A stretch of 64,000 bases of DNA from Scyliorhinus canicula. Its lineage: Eukaryota. Below the pieces are notes generated by a model that was not told the origin of the DNA, searched no databases, and saw only the letters and a list, made by a program, of their open reading frames with translations. The translations under genes and the position numbers were made by a program. The stretch covers positions 86,095,240-86,159,239 of the forward strand of contig NC_052162.1 in the NCBI RefSeq assembly GCF_902713615.1, written 5' to 3'. This document shows positions 9,903-21,960 of this stretch, in pieces (position 1 is the stretch's first letter; the number at the start of each line of letters is the position of its first letter).

Positions 9903-10330
9903 TTGGCGATGAGGATTTAAAAAAAACAAAGCAGTCCCAAGTTTGTGAGTATTCAGTCACATTGGAATTCAGTTCGAGTTCAGAAAGAGAACAGTGTTTG
10001 CAGATATGCCCTTATTCGAACAGATAGATCCTTGTGATGCCTCTGTGGAGAGCTGGACACAATACATTGAACATTTGGGCTACTTTTTCAGGCCAACAAA
10101 ATAGAGGAGGGGAAGAGAAAGGCAATCCTTCTCTGCGTGTATGGGACCCAAGAGTACAATTTAATACGCAGCCTCACATTCCCCAAGCACACCTGACTCC
10201 AAGTCATTCACTGAGATTGTTGAATTGGCAAAAATACACCTACGACCTGAAACCAGTCGGTAATATTGCAGCAATTTAAGTTTAATTCAACTGAGAGCCC
10301 ATGGGGGGTCTACTGCAACTCATAATATCA

Positions 10331-10530
10331 GTTTCTTTTTGTAAAGTTAGAGTATCCAATTATTTTTTTCCAATTAAGTGGCAATTTAGCGTGCCCAATC
10401 CACCTATCTTGCACATCTTTGGGTTGTGGGGTGAGACCCACGCAAATACGGGGATAATGTGCAAACTCCACACAGACAGTGACCCGAGGCCGCAATAAGG
10501 CAGCAGTGCTAACCATTGTGCCACCATGCA
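10331..10530 (-). mobile_element. Short A-tailed V-SINE variant inserted in Gypsy gag
   Basis: Reverse complement matches 24027-24260 (CCCCACAACCCAAAGATGTGC...TTAATTGGAAAAAA). Confidence 0.8.
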
Positions 10531-11194
10531 TACCCAATAATATCAAGTTATGACAGATTGCAGAGCACTGCGATTTCGGAATCTGCGGAATAAATAATGA
10601 AGCCACCCAAAATAAACTATGTGTAAAGATAGATATACATTTTAAAAGGCACTGGTGATAGTGTTTGTGATGGAGAACGTGGAGAAGGGAGCACAAGAGC
10701 ACCAGAGCATGCAAAGTGGCATAGTCCACCAGTTGGGTCAGGAAGCTGCAGTCAGCAGTGGCGTCAAAAATGAAGATGTCATTTCACAATAGGAAACAAA
10801 TGCAGCGAGATTGAAGCAAGAAGATTAAAGGGAGTCAATCAATCACCTAGGATTAAAGGGAGTCAATCAATCACTGGTGCGGGGGTGATCACTCCCCTGA
10901 AGCTTGTCTGTATAAAGAGGTTGAATGTTTTTTCTGCCACAGGAAAGGTCACTTAAGGCACTGATGTAAAAGTAAGTCAAGACTACCCAGTAACGCGGTT
11001 AGTAATACATCACAAGTGCATAATATGGAAGAGGTCAATAGTACGGATTTAAATGTTCACTCATTGTTCATCGTGAAAGCGGGAAAAGTGGCCCCCGTCA
11101 CTGTGATGCTTTTGGTAAGTGGTAGGCCCTTAAAGATGGAAGTTGACACAGGAGTCTCTGCCATGGGGATAGGAGAACACATTTCGATATTTAC

Positions 11195-13240
11195 AAGAAG
11201 GAGTCCCACCGCCAGCACTGGCCAACAGTGCAGGAAGAAGCTGCATGACCTCCTCGAAGCAGCCAGGGTGTGTCACCAACTCCATGCCCCTGGCACCACC
11301 TCTTCCACACACCCAATACCCATAGTCCGCCCCCACCGACCCACTCCACCATCAACGCGACCCCACCAGGCACCCTGGTAGGCAGTGCTGGGTGAGGGTG
11401 AGCAAGCCCCCCCTCCCAGGCTAGCCAGGACGTGCCACCTCCACGATCCCATCCCAAACACCCATAGTTCCCGTCTATCTACCAACTAGAGGCCGATCAA
11501 ACCCCACTTTCCGGCAGTCCATGTGTACTCCACCCTGCACCACCTGTCAACATCCTTGGCCCGGTGCCCTGCGCACACAGTCCACCACCCGCTGACCACC
11601 TGTTCTGCCCACATCTTAGTGTTTCACACTGTGCATTTTCCCCCCAGGAGAATTTGTCCCACCAGCCCTGGGAGTGGGTGAAAACTGGAGGGGGCCCACT
11701 GGACCTGCAGACCCTCACCATCGTAGAGCAGAGGGCACTGGACTTGGTCGGTGGGGTCGGAGATTGGGCAGTCTCTGAGGCCGAGATTGGCAGAGATCCA
11801 AGTGAACCCGCAATGAATCTTGATGACCCTATGGCACGTGAGACCATCCCGCCCGTGATCTAACCATGTGTCTTGCCCTTTGCATTTCAGGATCACTTGG
11901 GAATGAAGCGGGTCCATCTGGTGTCCCCTGCCCCAGCCACAACCCTGTGATTCATCCGACAAGGCAGGATCTGCTGGTGAACTGCACCTCCCAGCTTCAA
12001 TCCCGCGACACCTTGGAGCACAATTTCGGGGATGACACCGACTTCTTGGCACTGCTGCCACTAACACCCTCCACCATCCCAAAGACAATCACCTTGGTTG
12101 TTAATGAAGAGTTCTGGAGTACGTTATGGTGTGCGCCATGGTGAGGGATGAGGAGGTGATGGGGCCCGTGCCAATGACTCCCGTAAGGGAGGTGCTGGTG
12201 CAGTGGTACATCAGGTGGAGGTAGGAACCCCCGAGGAAGCGGAGGGTTGGAGAGCGGCCCGACCCAGGGACTAGCTGCCATCCAGACAGGTCTCGGGCTG
12301 CTGGAACGTTCAGGCCCATCAATGTTGGAGAAGCAGGCACAGAGCCGGAAACTACATGAGAGAGCGCCAGCAACCATCAAGCGCCTGCAGGTTCAGTTGG
12401 AGGAGTTCAACCGCCAGTATGGGGAGGCGGCTGTGCCGAACGTGCCTGCCACCCAGACTAACTGAGCTGGTGGCGACCTCAGTGGGGCTTTCGTGGCGAA
12501 GTATCGTTCATGGGTCATGATGTCCAAGTCCTGGGTCACAGTGTACAGGCAGTGGCTGAGGCACAGGACAGGGTGGCCATGTCACAGGCAGCCATGTACC
12601 AACGCCACATGGACATTGCTGTGGCACTCCAGAGCATAGCCTACTAACAACGGGCCTTGGCTACGGACGTCGAGAGCATTGGCCTGGCGCTAGCTGACCT
12701 GAGCCAATCACGGGGAGCTGTTAAGGTTCCTGAATGATGTGGCAGGGTCCCTGAGTCACGTAGCACTGTCCTAGAGGGATGTAGCCCGATCCCTGGGCTC
12801 CTTGACAATGAGCATGGTTGAGACGAGAGCTGACCTCCAGGACTGACTGCCAGGTGGCATTGGAGGCCCCAGAGCTCGATCCAGCCACGCACACGTCCCA
12901 AGGAGTAGCCCTGGGGCCATCGGGCACTCTGAGGGATGAGGAGGTGATGGGGCCCGTGCCAATGACTCCCGTAAGGGAGGTGCTGGAACACCTCAGTGTC
13001 TCCAAATCCCCTCCCCCCAGTCCATCTGATGGGTAGCGGGCAGAACAGGGTGGCACCACTCCACCTGTGACACCCCATAGACTGGCGGGCCCCTCCGGGC
13101 CGGTTGCTCCAGAGGACCAAGGTCGCAGGATGGGGATTGCAGCAGGCCACCTCCACTTCTGATGTACCACCTGGAGACCCACCTGGACGGAGCATTAGGA
13201 CATGTAATGCTCAAAAGTTCGGCACCAGTTAAGTTGGCAC
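11195..13240 (+). pseudogene. PIF/Harbinger Myb/SANT-like (MSANTD/NAIF1-type) gene relic with introns, 5'-truncated
   Basis: TGQQCRKKLHDLLEAAR, then a GT..AG intron (about 11269-11648), then ENLSH..KTGGGPLDLQTLTIVEQRALDLVG. Polyadenylation-like ATTAAA at about 13294; convergent with the transposase. Confidence 0.75.
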
Positions 13241-13997
13241 GGGTGAAGCACATAGGTTAGCGATAGGGGCTAGTGCACAATACCAAAAAGCAGATTAAAC
13301 AGCTGTTCACCAATGTTCCGACCAGCCCTGGTGCCCGATCAGAATGGCGGGGGGGATGGGTACCGAGGGTGTGCCGGGTGTGGGTTGGGAGGGCGCTGGT
13401 GTGGGGCGCAGGTGTTGGAGGAGGGCACGCGCCAGGTCCACGAGGCCACCCCTGGTGTCACCCCTGGAGGCGGCAGGGGAAGGGGCTAGATACGCGGGGG
13501 CACCATGCGGTAGGGCTTACCTGGTGCATGATCCACCACCGCACACCGCCCCTGTACCCAACCCTGCTGCCCTCCCCCTCTCCCGCACCCCCCCCACCCC
13601 ATCACCCCCAATCTCCCCAGGGGTTTGATGGGACCGTCAGGTGGACTGGCTTGCACGCGTGCAGAGGTCGCCTGGGTGGATGGTGGAAAGTGCTACCGAG
13701 GGCAGGAGTCAGATGTGTCACATAATGAGGATCACTAGAGCTCATGAAGAGCGGGTTGTCAGCATCCTCCAGCCCAAGGACCAGACACATTGATATTGCC
13801 AACTCAGGGCCAGCACCATGAGTGAAGCAGGTAGAAAGCATGGAATGGGGTGAAGGTGCAGGGAAGAGGACGGGGAAACACGTTGGTGCAGGGATGGCGG
13901 ACAGGGAAGGGGGGGTGACTGGCCGGGGATCGGAGGAGTTTGGTTTTGTGTGAGGCTGGGTTGGGGCGTTTGAGCTGCCGCCGGCCAGGCCCCCTGG

Positions 13998-15200
13998 TCA
14001 GCTAACCTGGTGGCGATTAGATTGTTTCATGTGCGCTGGCCCTGGCGCATGCGTTGTGTGGCCTCCTGTGGTTTCCCTGGCCCCATGCCCTGCCCATCCT
14101 GGCCTTCCGCCACATCTTCCCATTGGACGAGGTCTGGCATTCATCTGCCTCCTCCTGCATGTTGCCCCTCTGCTGTGCAATGTTGTGGAGGACACTGCCG
14201 GCCTCACACTATGGGAGATTCTCCTGGGGCTATATTGGAGGGCCCCTCCAGAGCGGCCCAGGCACCTGGACCGTATCTTCAGGATGCCGATGCAGCACTT
14301 GATGATGCTCCTGGTCATTGCATTGGCATCATTGTAGCCGTTCTCCATGTTGGTCTATGGCCCCTGGCTAGGCGTCATTAGCCAAGACCGCAGCAGATAA
14401 CCCCTGTCACATAGGAGCCAACCCCTCACCCAGGGGAACGGCTCCAAGTTGTCAAGTGTCATCGAGTGCACCAGGATGAAGGCGTCATGTATGCTGCCCG
14501 GTATCGAGTGCAGGATTGTGCAGCTCGTGGTCACACACCAGCTACCCATTCATGGGGTGCTACCCCTTGCGGTTCGTGAAGTGCACCCCCTCATGCAGTG
14601 GTGTTCATACGATGAAATACATTCCGTCGATCATCCCCTGGACTTGGGCAATCCCAGCGATGGCGGCGAACCCCGATGGCCGGGCAACTAGGTGGGTTTG
14701 AACCATGATCAGGTTGATGCATTGTGCCCCCCAGGCATACAGGGCCTCCATTACGGCACAGGTGCGCCTGTGCACTGAGATCTGTGAGATCCTCGACAGG
14801 TTCCCACTCGCCGGCTGGAAGGACCCCGTGGCGTAAAGGTACAGGGCGACTGCCACCTTGACGGCCACCGAAAGCAGGTGTCCTTCCCCGTTCCCCTGCA
14901 GTCCCAGGTGCACCATGATTTGGGAGATATGTCGTACGGTCTCCTGGGTAGCCGGATATTTTGACAACACGCCCGGTCAGACAGATCCCCAAATGACAGG
15001 CGCTATCAGTACACACAAGTCCTGATGCAGCACTGCCTTTCCTCTTCTTCCTCTTTGGCTCTCCATCCTCACCAGCTGGCTCCTGTCTTACCTGCGGCAG
15101 GGCCTTCCCGGAGCAGCTCCCGCTCGTACAGCCTCATTGCTTCCACCAGGTCTGCGGTGGCCAGGCAGATGCCAAGCATGAATACCGAACTCCATTGTCT
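13998..15200 (-). pseudogene. PIF/Harbinger DDE transposase (HARBI1-like) relic
   Basis: Frameshifted motifs LSVAVKVAVALYLYATGSFQ, VQGMIDG, PGSIHDAFIL, CDRGYLLRSWLMTP and YNDANAMTRSIIKCCIGILKIRSRCL..GGALQYSP. Confidence 0.9.
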
Positions 15201-17895
15201 GCAGGAGGTGAAAGGCGGACATGTTAGCATGGCGCGTACACCCATGCCCAACGAGGCCTGACTGGCTGCATGATGACCCCGATGTGTATTTCAGTCCCTG
15301 CATGTCCTCCTGCCCCCACCCCAATTCCTACCACCAATCCCGATCATTTCCACTGAGCTTTGCCCTCCACATTGCACCCCTGGCCCCGTCAGTCTGCCAC
15401 CGGTGGGTCCTCCGACCCTGGCACCCATCCTTGCCAGCAGTGGCTGGTGCACCCATGCCAGTAGTACACTCTGGGGCCCCGATCCTCTGCTCTCCTGTGG
15501 CATCTACCATGCGCATCCTTCCTGGGTGGTCCAAGGGATGCCCCACCAGCAGGATGGTGCCCTGTTGTAAGTGGAGGGGGAATGGCCGGTGACTCTCTGC
15601 ACATCATGCTATGGAGGGCATTCAGTGGGGTGCGCAGATGGATGCTGCAAACATGACGGTTCGTGCCTGGTCTCACGGTCATCTCAATCCCATGGCTCAC
15701 CTCCTGGTCAAACCCTACATATTTTTGGCTGTTATTGGCTCAAGGTACTCAAGTTAAACTGGATGGAGATCTTCCAAGTCGGGGAAAAGTTCCTGAAGAA
15801 ATAGGAGAAAGTTTTTCACAATGAGCTTGGTAAAATAAAGGGTCTCCAGGCGACGATCCATGGAAATCCAGGAACAACTGCTCACATTTTTAGAGACCAG
15901 TAGCATATGCCTTGCCAAAAAGGTTGATCATGGAATTAAAGAGATTGGAACAACTGGATAATATCTAGCAAGTTCAATTCGCAGAGTGGGCAGCACCCAT
16001 AGTACCTGTGATAAAGCCTGACAAGACCGTCTGCATTGTGGAGACTATAAATTAACAGTTAATCAGGCTGCCAGGGTCCATAAATGTCCAATCCTCAAGT
16101 CTGAAGACTTGCAAGCATATTTGGCTGGAAGTCAGTCTTATACAAAGTTAGATATGAGCCACATTTACCAGCAACTTGAGTTATACGAGGCTTCCCAAGG
16201 TTCTGCAATTTGGTGTGTCATCGGCAATGCAAAGTCTATCGCATGGCCTGGCTCGAGTTGTAGTATACCTGGATGATGTATTGATATCTGGATCGTCAGA
16301 AGCTAAGCCCCTGGCTAATTTAGAGGAGGTATGAAAAAAATTTCAAGAGGCTGGACTACGCCAAAAGAAGGAAAAGTGCACTTTTCAGGCCACTGAGGTA
16401 ACCTTTCTGGAGTATTCTGTAGATGGACAAAGATTACAACCCATGGAAGGCAAGGGCGGAGCAATAAAGGAGGTGCCGGTTCCCAGAAACACATCTGAAC
16501 TCAAGTCATTCTCAGGAATGCTGAATGACTATGGACGTGTTTTCTGCCAAATTTGGGTGTTTTGTACTAAATTTGTCAACATTACTCGCCCATTTGCATA
16601 TGCTACCAAAGGTGCACCAATGTAAGATTTGGAAGACGTCCCTGAGAGAAGCTTTTAACACAGTGAAGCAATTGTTACATTCATTGAGTTTGCTGGTGCA
16701 CTTTGACCGGTCTAAGATATTGTTTTTAATCTGTGGCGCCTCTCCATATGGCGTCGGTACAGTATTATCCCATTAGATGGATGAGGGATCTGAAAGATCT
16801 ATAGGGTCTGTCTCGAGAACCCTCTCACAGGCCAAATAAGGCTACATTCAGATTGGAAAAGAAGCTTGTCAATATGTGGGGTAAAGAAGTTCCATCATGT
16901 GTATGGGAGGCAGTTTACCATTGTTACAGATCACAAACTACACATGGGTCTTTTAAAGAAGATAAAGTGAGTCCACAAATCGCATCGCCAAGAATTCAGC
17001 GTTGGGCATTAATTCTGTCTGCCAATGAATATTCATTCAGGCACTCGCAGGAGCACATCACTAATGCGGATGCACTGAATCAACTGCCTTTACCAGAGAG
17101 CATAGCACCTCCCCCAGTACCACAGGAAATTGTTATGGTGATGTATTTTTTGGACATGTTGCCAGTTTTGTCGCAGCAAATCAAGTAGAGGCTGGACCTT
17201 ATGAACCAGTTTCTGAAGAGATGAAATCGCGCCATGTACGGAAGGAGGAATTAAGTTGCGAAGATGGTGTCATATTTTGGGGAGCCAGAGTAGTTGTCCC
17301 TGTATCAGAAAGGGAGTTGCTCCTAGCCGAATTGCATAGTGCCCATCTGGGTATTTCTAAGGTGAAGATGCTTGTCAGGAGTTATATATGATGGCCTGGC
17401 ATCGATGCCGACATTGAGAGTCTGATGAAGCGCTGCGAATAGTGCCAAATGCAACACAGGTTGCCTGCTACAACCCCACTGAACCTTTGTGAATGGCTGG
17501 GATGGCTGTGGGCACGGGTTCATAGTGATTGTGTGGTGCCATTCCTTGACACAATGTTTATGCCCATTCAAAGTGGATGGAAATATTTGAAACAAAGTCT
17601 TCAACATTGCATGCCACAATTGAGAAATTGAGTCTGTTTCTCAACACACAAAGTCATAGTGCCGGATAATGGAACAACCTTCACGACTGCTGAATTTCGA
17701 AATTTCTCCTCCTTAACTGGAGCAGATCAGAACTGTGCCTGACCACTCGGCATCCAATGCACTGGCTGAATGAGAAGTCCAAACCTTAAAGGCGGGCCTT
17801 AAGAAGCAGTCAGAGGCAACCCTGGAGACCAGAATCTCATGATTCTCCCTAGGCTATAGAACGGGAGTGCCACCAACAGAGTTGTTGATGGGCTG

Positions 17896-18216
17896 ACATA
17901 GAACATACAGTGCAGAAGGAGGCCATTCGGACCATTGAGTCTGCACAAACCCACTAAGTCCTCACTTCCACCCTATCCCCGTAACCCAATAACTCCTTCT
18001 AACCTTTTTAGTCACTAAGGGTAATTTATCGTGGCCAATCCACCTAACCTGCATGTCTTTAGTACGTGTGAGGAAACCGGAGCACCCGGAGGAAACCCAC
18101 GCAGACATGGGGAGAATGTGCAGACTCCGCACAGACAGTGACCCAGCGGAGAATCGAACCTGGGACCCTGGCGCTGTGAAGCCACAGTGCTATCCACTTG
18201 TGCTACTGTGCTTCCC
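17896..18216 (-). mobile_element. HE1-like V-SINE inserted in the Gypsy integrase 3' region
   Basis: Full head, V-domain and CR1-type tail. Confidence 0.9.
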
Positions 18217-18819
18217 AAAATCTTAGCACCAGACTAAACCTGGTGTTTCTGAATTTGCCGAGGAGGGTAGAAGCCAGTCAGAAGAAAAATCATGATTCAG
18301 GCAATTCAACAAGGTTGTTTTCAGTGGAGGAATCCACGTGTGTCAGAAATTTTGGAAGTGCTCGGGTTGAGCCCCAGGAGTTGTTGCATCAAAAACAAAA
18401 CCTTTGTCCTATGATGTAAATGCACAAGGAAGAATTGTCTCGAAGCATATAAACCATTTACCAGGACGCAAGTTGTCCCAGAAGCAGTGCTGTCACCTGA
18501 AGCCACGCTGCCAACAGGAAACGTTGGCTTTCCAAGCAGTGAAGTACTGAGCCAACCTGTGACAGGCGAATCTGTCGTCCCCTTGGAGACGGATGAAGAT
18601 GAGTTATCAGAACCTGAGGAGGTGCCGGGCATTTTGGTTTCTGAAGAAAGTTGCCCAGTGGAAGCACCCCCGACAGAGGAGTTACACTGCTCCACGAGAA
18701 ATCGTGAATCACCCGAAAGACTCAATTTATGATGGACTGATTGCGTGTGTTTAATGTTCTAATTATTTGGGACGAAGTAACTTAATTATTATCAATGTAT
18801 AAAACAACTTAGGGAGGGA

Positions 18820-19045
18820 TGTGGCGTTTGTCCCTTTAAGGGACGATCTGCAGATAGGGTCACGAGACCAGGGTAACCAATCTGGATCCAGGGTGGGGGA
18901 TCACTCTAGCAATTATGGGTTTCTGTATCGGTTCGATCCTGGAAGCTGATTCACTGCCACGAGGCTGCGAGCCTCTGTATAGTGGTTGTATGTAAATAAA
19001 CATCGCAATTGTTATTTATCTAAATGGCGAATGGGTAATATTACA
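18820..19045 (+). repeat. 3' LTR of Mag-type Gypsy
   Basis: TGTGGCGTTTGTCCC...ATATTACA, preceded by the PPT. Confidence 0.9.
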
Positions 19046-19131
19046 ATACCCCGAATAACTTGTGTAGTTAACCAACCACGGTCAACAAATGAGGTGAGAA
19101 ACAGTATTAAACTGTATTAAACAGTATTAAT

Positions 19132-19476
19132 GGGCAGCACGGTAGCATGGTGGTTAGCATAAATGCTTCACAGCTCCAGGGTCCCAGGTTCGATTCCCGG
19201 CTGGGTCACTGTCTGTGTGGAGTCTGCACGTCCTCCCCGTGTGTGCGTGGGTTTCCTCCAGGTGCTCCGGTTTTCTCCCACAGTCCAAAGATGTGCGGGT
19301 TAGGTGGATTGGCCATATTAAATTGCCCGTAGTGTCCAAAAAAGTAAGGTTGGCGGGGGGGTTGTTGGGTTACGGGTATAGGGTGGATACGTGGGTTTGA
19401 GTAGGGTGATCATTGCTCGGCACAACATCGAGGGCCGAAGGGCCTGTTCTGTGCTGTACTGTTCTATGTTCTATGT
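19132..19476 (+). mobile_element. HE1-like V-SINE
   Basis: Complete head, V-domain and GTTCTAT-repeat tail. Confidence 0.9.
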
Positions 19477-19657
19477 TAAACGGAAAGAAACAGCTCATAC
19501 AAAGAAAGGTGGAAATTCAGCAGACCAGGAAAGGGATAGACAGCAATAAAGGGATAAAAGAAAACAAAACCAGAGACAAAAAGCACAAAAAATAATTGCA
19601 AGGAATACTAAAGCGAATCGTAAACATTTTAAAAACTATGGTCATGGATGATATGGG

Positions 19658-19881
19658 TGTGGTAAACCACTGTTGCACCTATATTAGGTGATGTATGGTA
19701 GGACCTGTACTACAGGTACAACGGTAATCCCTGCCTGCGGGCTCCGCCCAGTAGGCGGTGTATAAATATGTGTGTCCTCTATGCAGCAGCCATTTTGCCA
19801 GCTGCTGTGGGAGGCCACACATCTTTGAGCAATAAAGCAGTTGTATTCAGCTCTCATCTTTGTGCAATTGATTGTGCATCA
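19658..19881 (+). mobile_element. Solo LTR
   Basis: TG..CA ends, TATAAA then AATAAA, perfect 5-bp TSD ATGGG (19653-19657, 19882-19886). Same family as 50950-51180. Confidence 0.9.
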
Positions 19882-20687
19882 ATGGGCTGATTCTTAAGTG
19901 GTTGAGCAACCATAATAGAATTGAATCACTGAGGTACCATTATCTGATGGAATAGTGGGACAGGGTGGAGGGGCTGAATATTCCTACGACGAAGCTCACT
20001 TACAAAGAGTGGCTTCTTAACTCAAGTTCCCAAGAATACGTGGCACCCAGGATGCTGTCAGTGGCCTCAGGTGCGTGAAAATAAAGGACGGCTGAGCCAT
20101 CGTTCACCGCCTGGAACATAACATAGAAAAGGACATCTCATCGAAACATTTGAATAGCGAGAAACCATTTGCTGGCTACTGCTAAAACAAGTCAATGAAT
20201 AATCCCATTAAAAGCTACAGGCTAATTTTAACACTCATCCACCACAATACACTGGCAGTGTATTTCATGCTGAACCCGATAATCATTTTTTCTGAGTTGC
20301 AGCACTGCGTACCCGATGGAGTTCAGTTGGCCTGCTGGAGGCTGCAATGTGACTCACACTGAACAAAATCTTTTGAAAGTCTTTGATTTCAGTGTTGGAA
20401 TATTGACGGTTTGGTTGGCTGAAAATGGCTCAGGAGGGCTACTCTTTAATGAGCTTAAAATAGTTTCTGGCTGCTGCCGGCATATCATACTGCAGCTCCA
20501 GATTTCAATGCCTGGTGGAATAAGATTGCTTTATTTTTATCAATTGGGCCGGGACCCCCAGAGTTTTGACTCACAGATTTAATAGGCGACTTTTATCATC
20601 TGGAATGAGAAGATTTGGAATGTCATGTTCATACCAATGACACAGTGCCACAGTTCCCCACAGCTAACCATGCGAACACTTTCAGTA

Positions 20688-20978
20688 TTAGATAGAGAAA
20701 TACAGCACAGAACAGGCCCTTCGGCCCACGATGTTGTGCCGAACTTTTGTCCTAGGTTAATCATAGAATTTTGGACACTAAGGGCAATTTATCATGGCCA
20801 ATCCACCCAACCTGCACATCTTTGGACTGTGGGAGGAAACTGGAGTACCCGGAGGAAACCCACGCACACACGGGGAGGATGTGCAGACTCCACACAGACA
20901 GTGACCCAAGTCGAAATCGAACTTGGGACCCTGGAGCTGTGAAGCAATTGTGCTATCCTCAATGCTACTGTGCTGCCC
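20688..20978 (-). mobile_element. HE1-like V-SINE
   Basis: Head, V-domain and CR1-type tail. Confidence 0.9.
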
Positions 20979-21287
20979 TTAGACACAGTATTAGGACACA
21001 GGCTCACATAGAAGAGGTAGCGATGTCACTGTCTGATCGCCACCATTGGTTTGCCTTGAGAGAGTGGCCAAATATGTCAGCCCCTTAACAATCTTGCAGT
21101 TGTGGCAAACGGGTAATTCTTGCGGTTAAGACTACCCATTTTTCCTGCCATCCACATATCCACTTGATGCACTAGCTGCCCAGAAGGAGAAAACTGTAAA
21201 AACGGGAAAATAAGAATACTGATCCGAACTGTTTTTTCCTATTGGGTAAGAGCACACAGCACAGATACCAGCACTTCACTCCCTTTA

Positions 21288-21460
21288 GGGGCTGGTTTAG
21301 CATGGTGAGCTGACAGCTGGCTTGTAATGCAGAACAAGACCAGCAGTGCGGGTTTAATTCCCGTACTGGCCTCCCCGAACAGGCGCTGGAATGTGGCGAC
21401 TAGGGGCTTTTCATTAACTTCATTGAAGCCTACTTGTGACAATAAGCAGTTATTATTATT
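21288..21460 (+). mobile_element. Short tRNA-derived SINE, second family (GGGGCTGGTTTAGC head)
   Basis: Homologous to 43498-43673 and 59725-59903; tail AAGCCTACTTGTGACAATAA plus (TTA)n. Confidence 0.85.
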
Positions 21461-21630
21461 AATATACTCATGGCACGTCACTAGCAGTACAGCTCTGTTA
21501 CCCAAGCAGCTCTCGCAACAGCTCTTTTGTCCTTGCCAATCCCGGATTAGACTGAGAAAGGCGTAGGGAGCAAACTAGGAGATGGTCAGCTTCTCGGGGC
21601 TATATTAAATGAAGTAATCGTAAAAAAATG

Positions 21631-21960
21631 AGCGGAACGGTGGCACAGTGGTTGGCACTGCTGCCCCACCGCATCAGCGATCCCGGTTCAAAATTGGCAT
21701 TGGGGTGACTGTGTGAAGTTTGCACGTTCCCCGTGTCTACGTGGGATTTCCTTCGGGTGCTCCGGTTTCCTCCCACAGTCCATAGATATGCAGAGTTGGT
21801 GGATTGGCCCTGCTAAATTTCCCCTTAGTGTCCAAAAATGTGTAGGTTAGTAGGTTAGGTTAAGGGACTATTATGTTAGGGCGGGAGAGTGGGCTTCGGT
21901 GGTGTGCTCTTTGAGAGGGTCGGAGCAGACTTAATAGGCCCAATGGCCACCTCCTGCAGT
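21631..21960 (+). mobile_element. Older V-SINE
   Basis: V-domain GGGTGCTCCGGTTTCCTCCCACAGTCC with a diverged head and tail. Confidence 0.85.

Larger units (their letters stand above)
9675..19045 (+). mobile_element. Decayed full-length Ty3/Gypsy LTR retrotransposon (Mag-type) with nested insertions
   Basis: Two related TG..CA LTRs; flanks ATAAC/ATACC. PBS TGGCGATGAGGAT (tRNA-Ser-like) at 9904; PPT AGGGAGGGA at 18811. Double zinc knuckle about 10875-10970, protease MEVDTG about 11137, RT YLDD about 16265, RNase H ADAL, integrase about 17300-17880. Many stops and frameshifts. Confidence 0.9.

Noticed and set aside
13998-15200. Domesticated HARBI1 gene
   Set aside because: Multiple frameshifts and stops, and it sits inside a Gypsy element; it is a transposon relic.
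19132-19205. tRNA genes
   Set aside because: A/B boxes belong to SINE heads that run into the V-domain; no complete cloverleaf or terminator seen.
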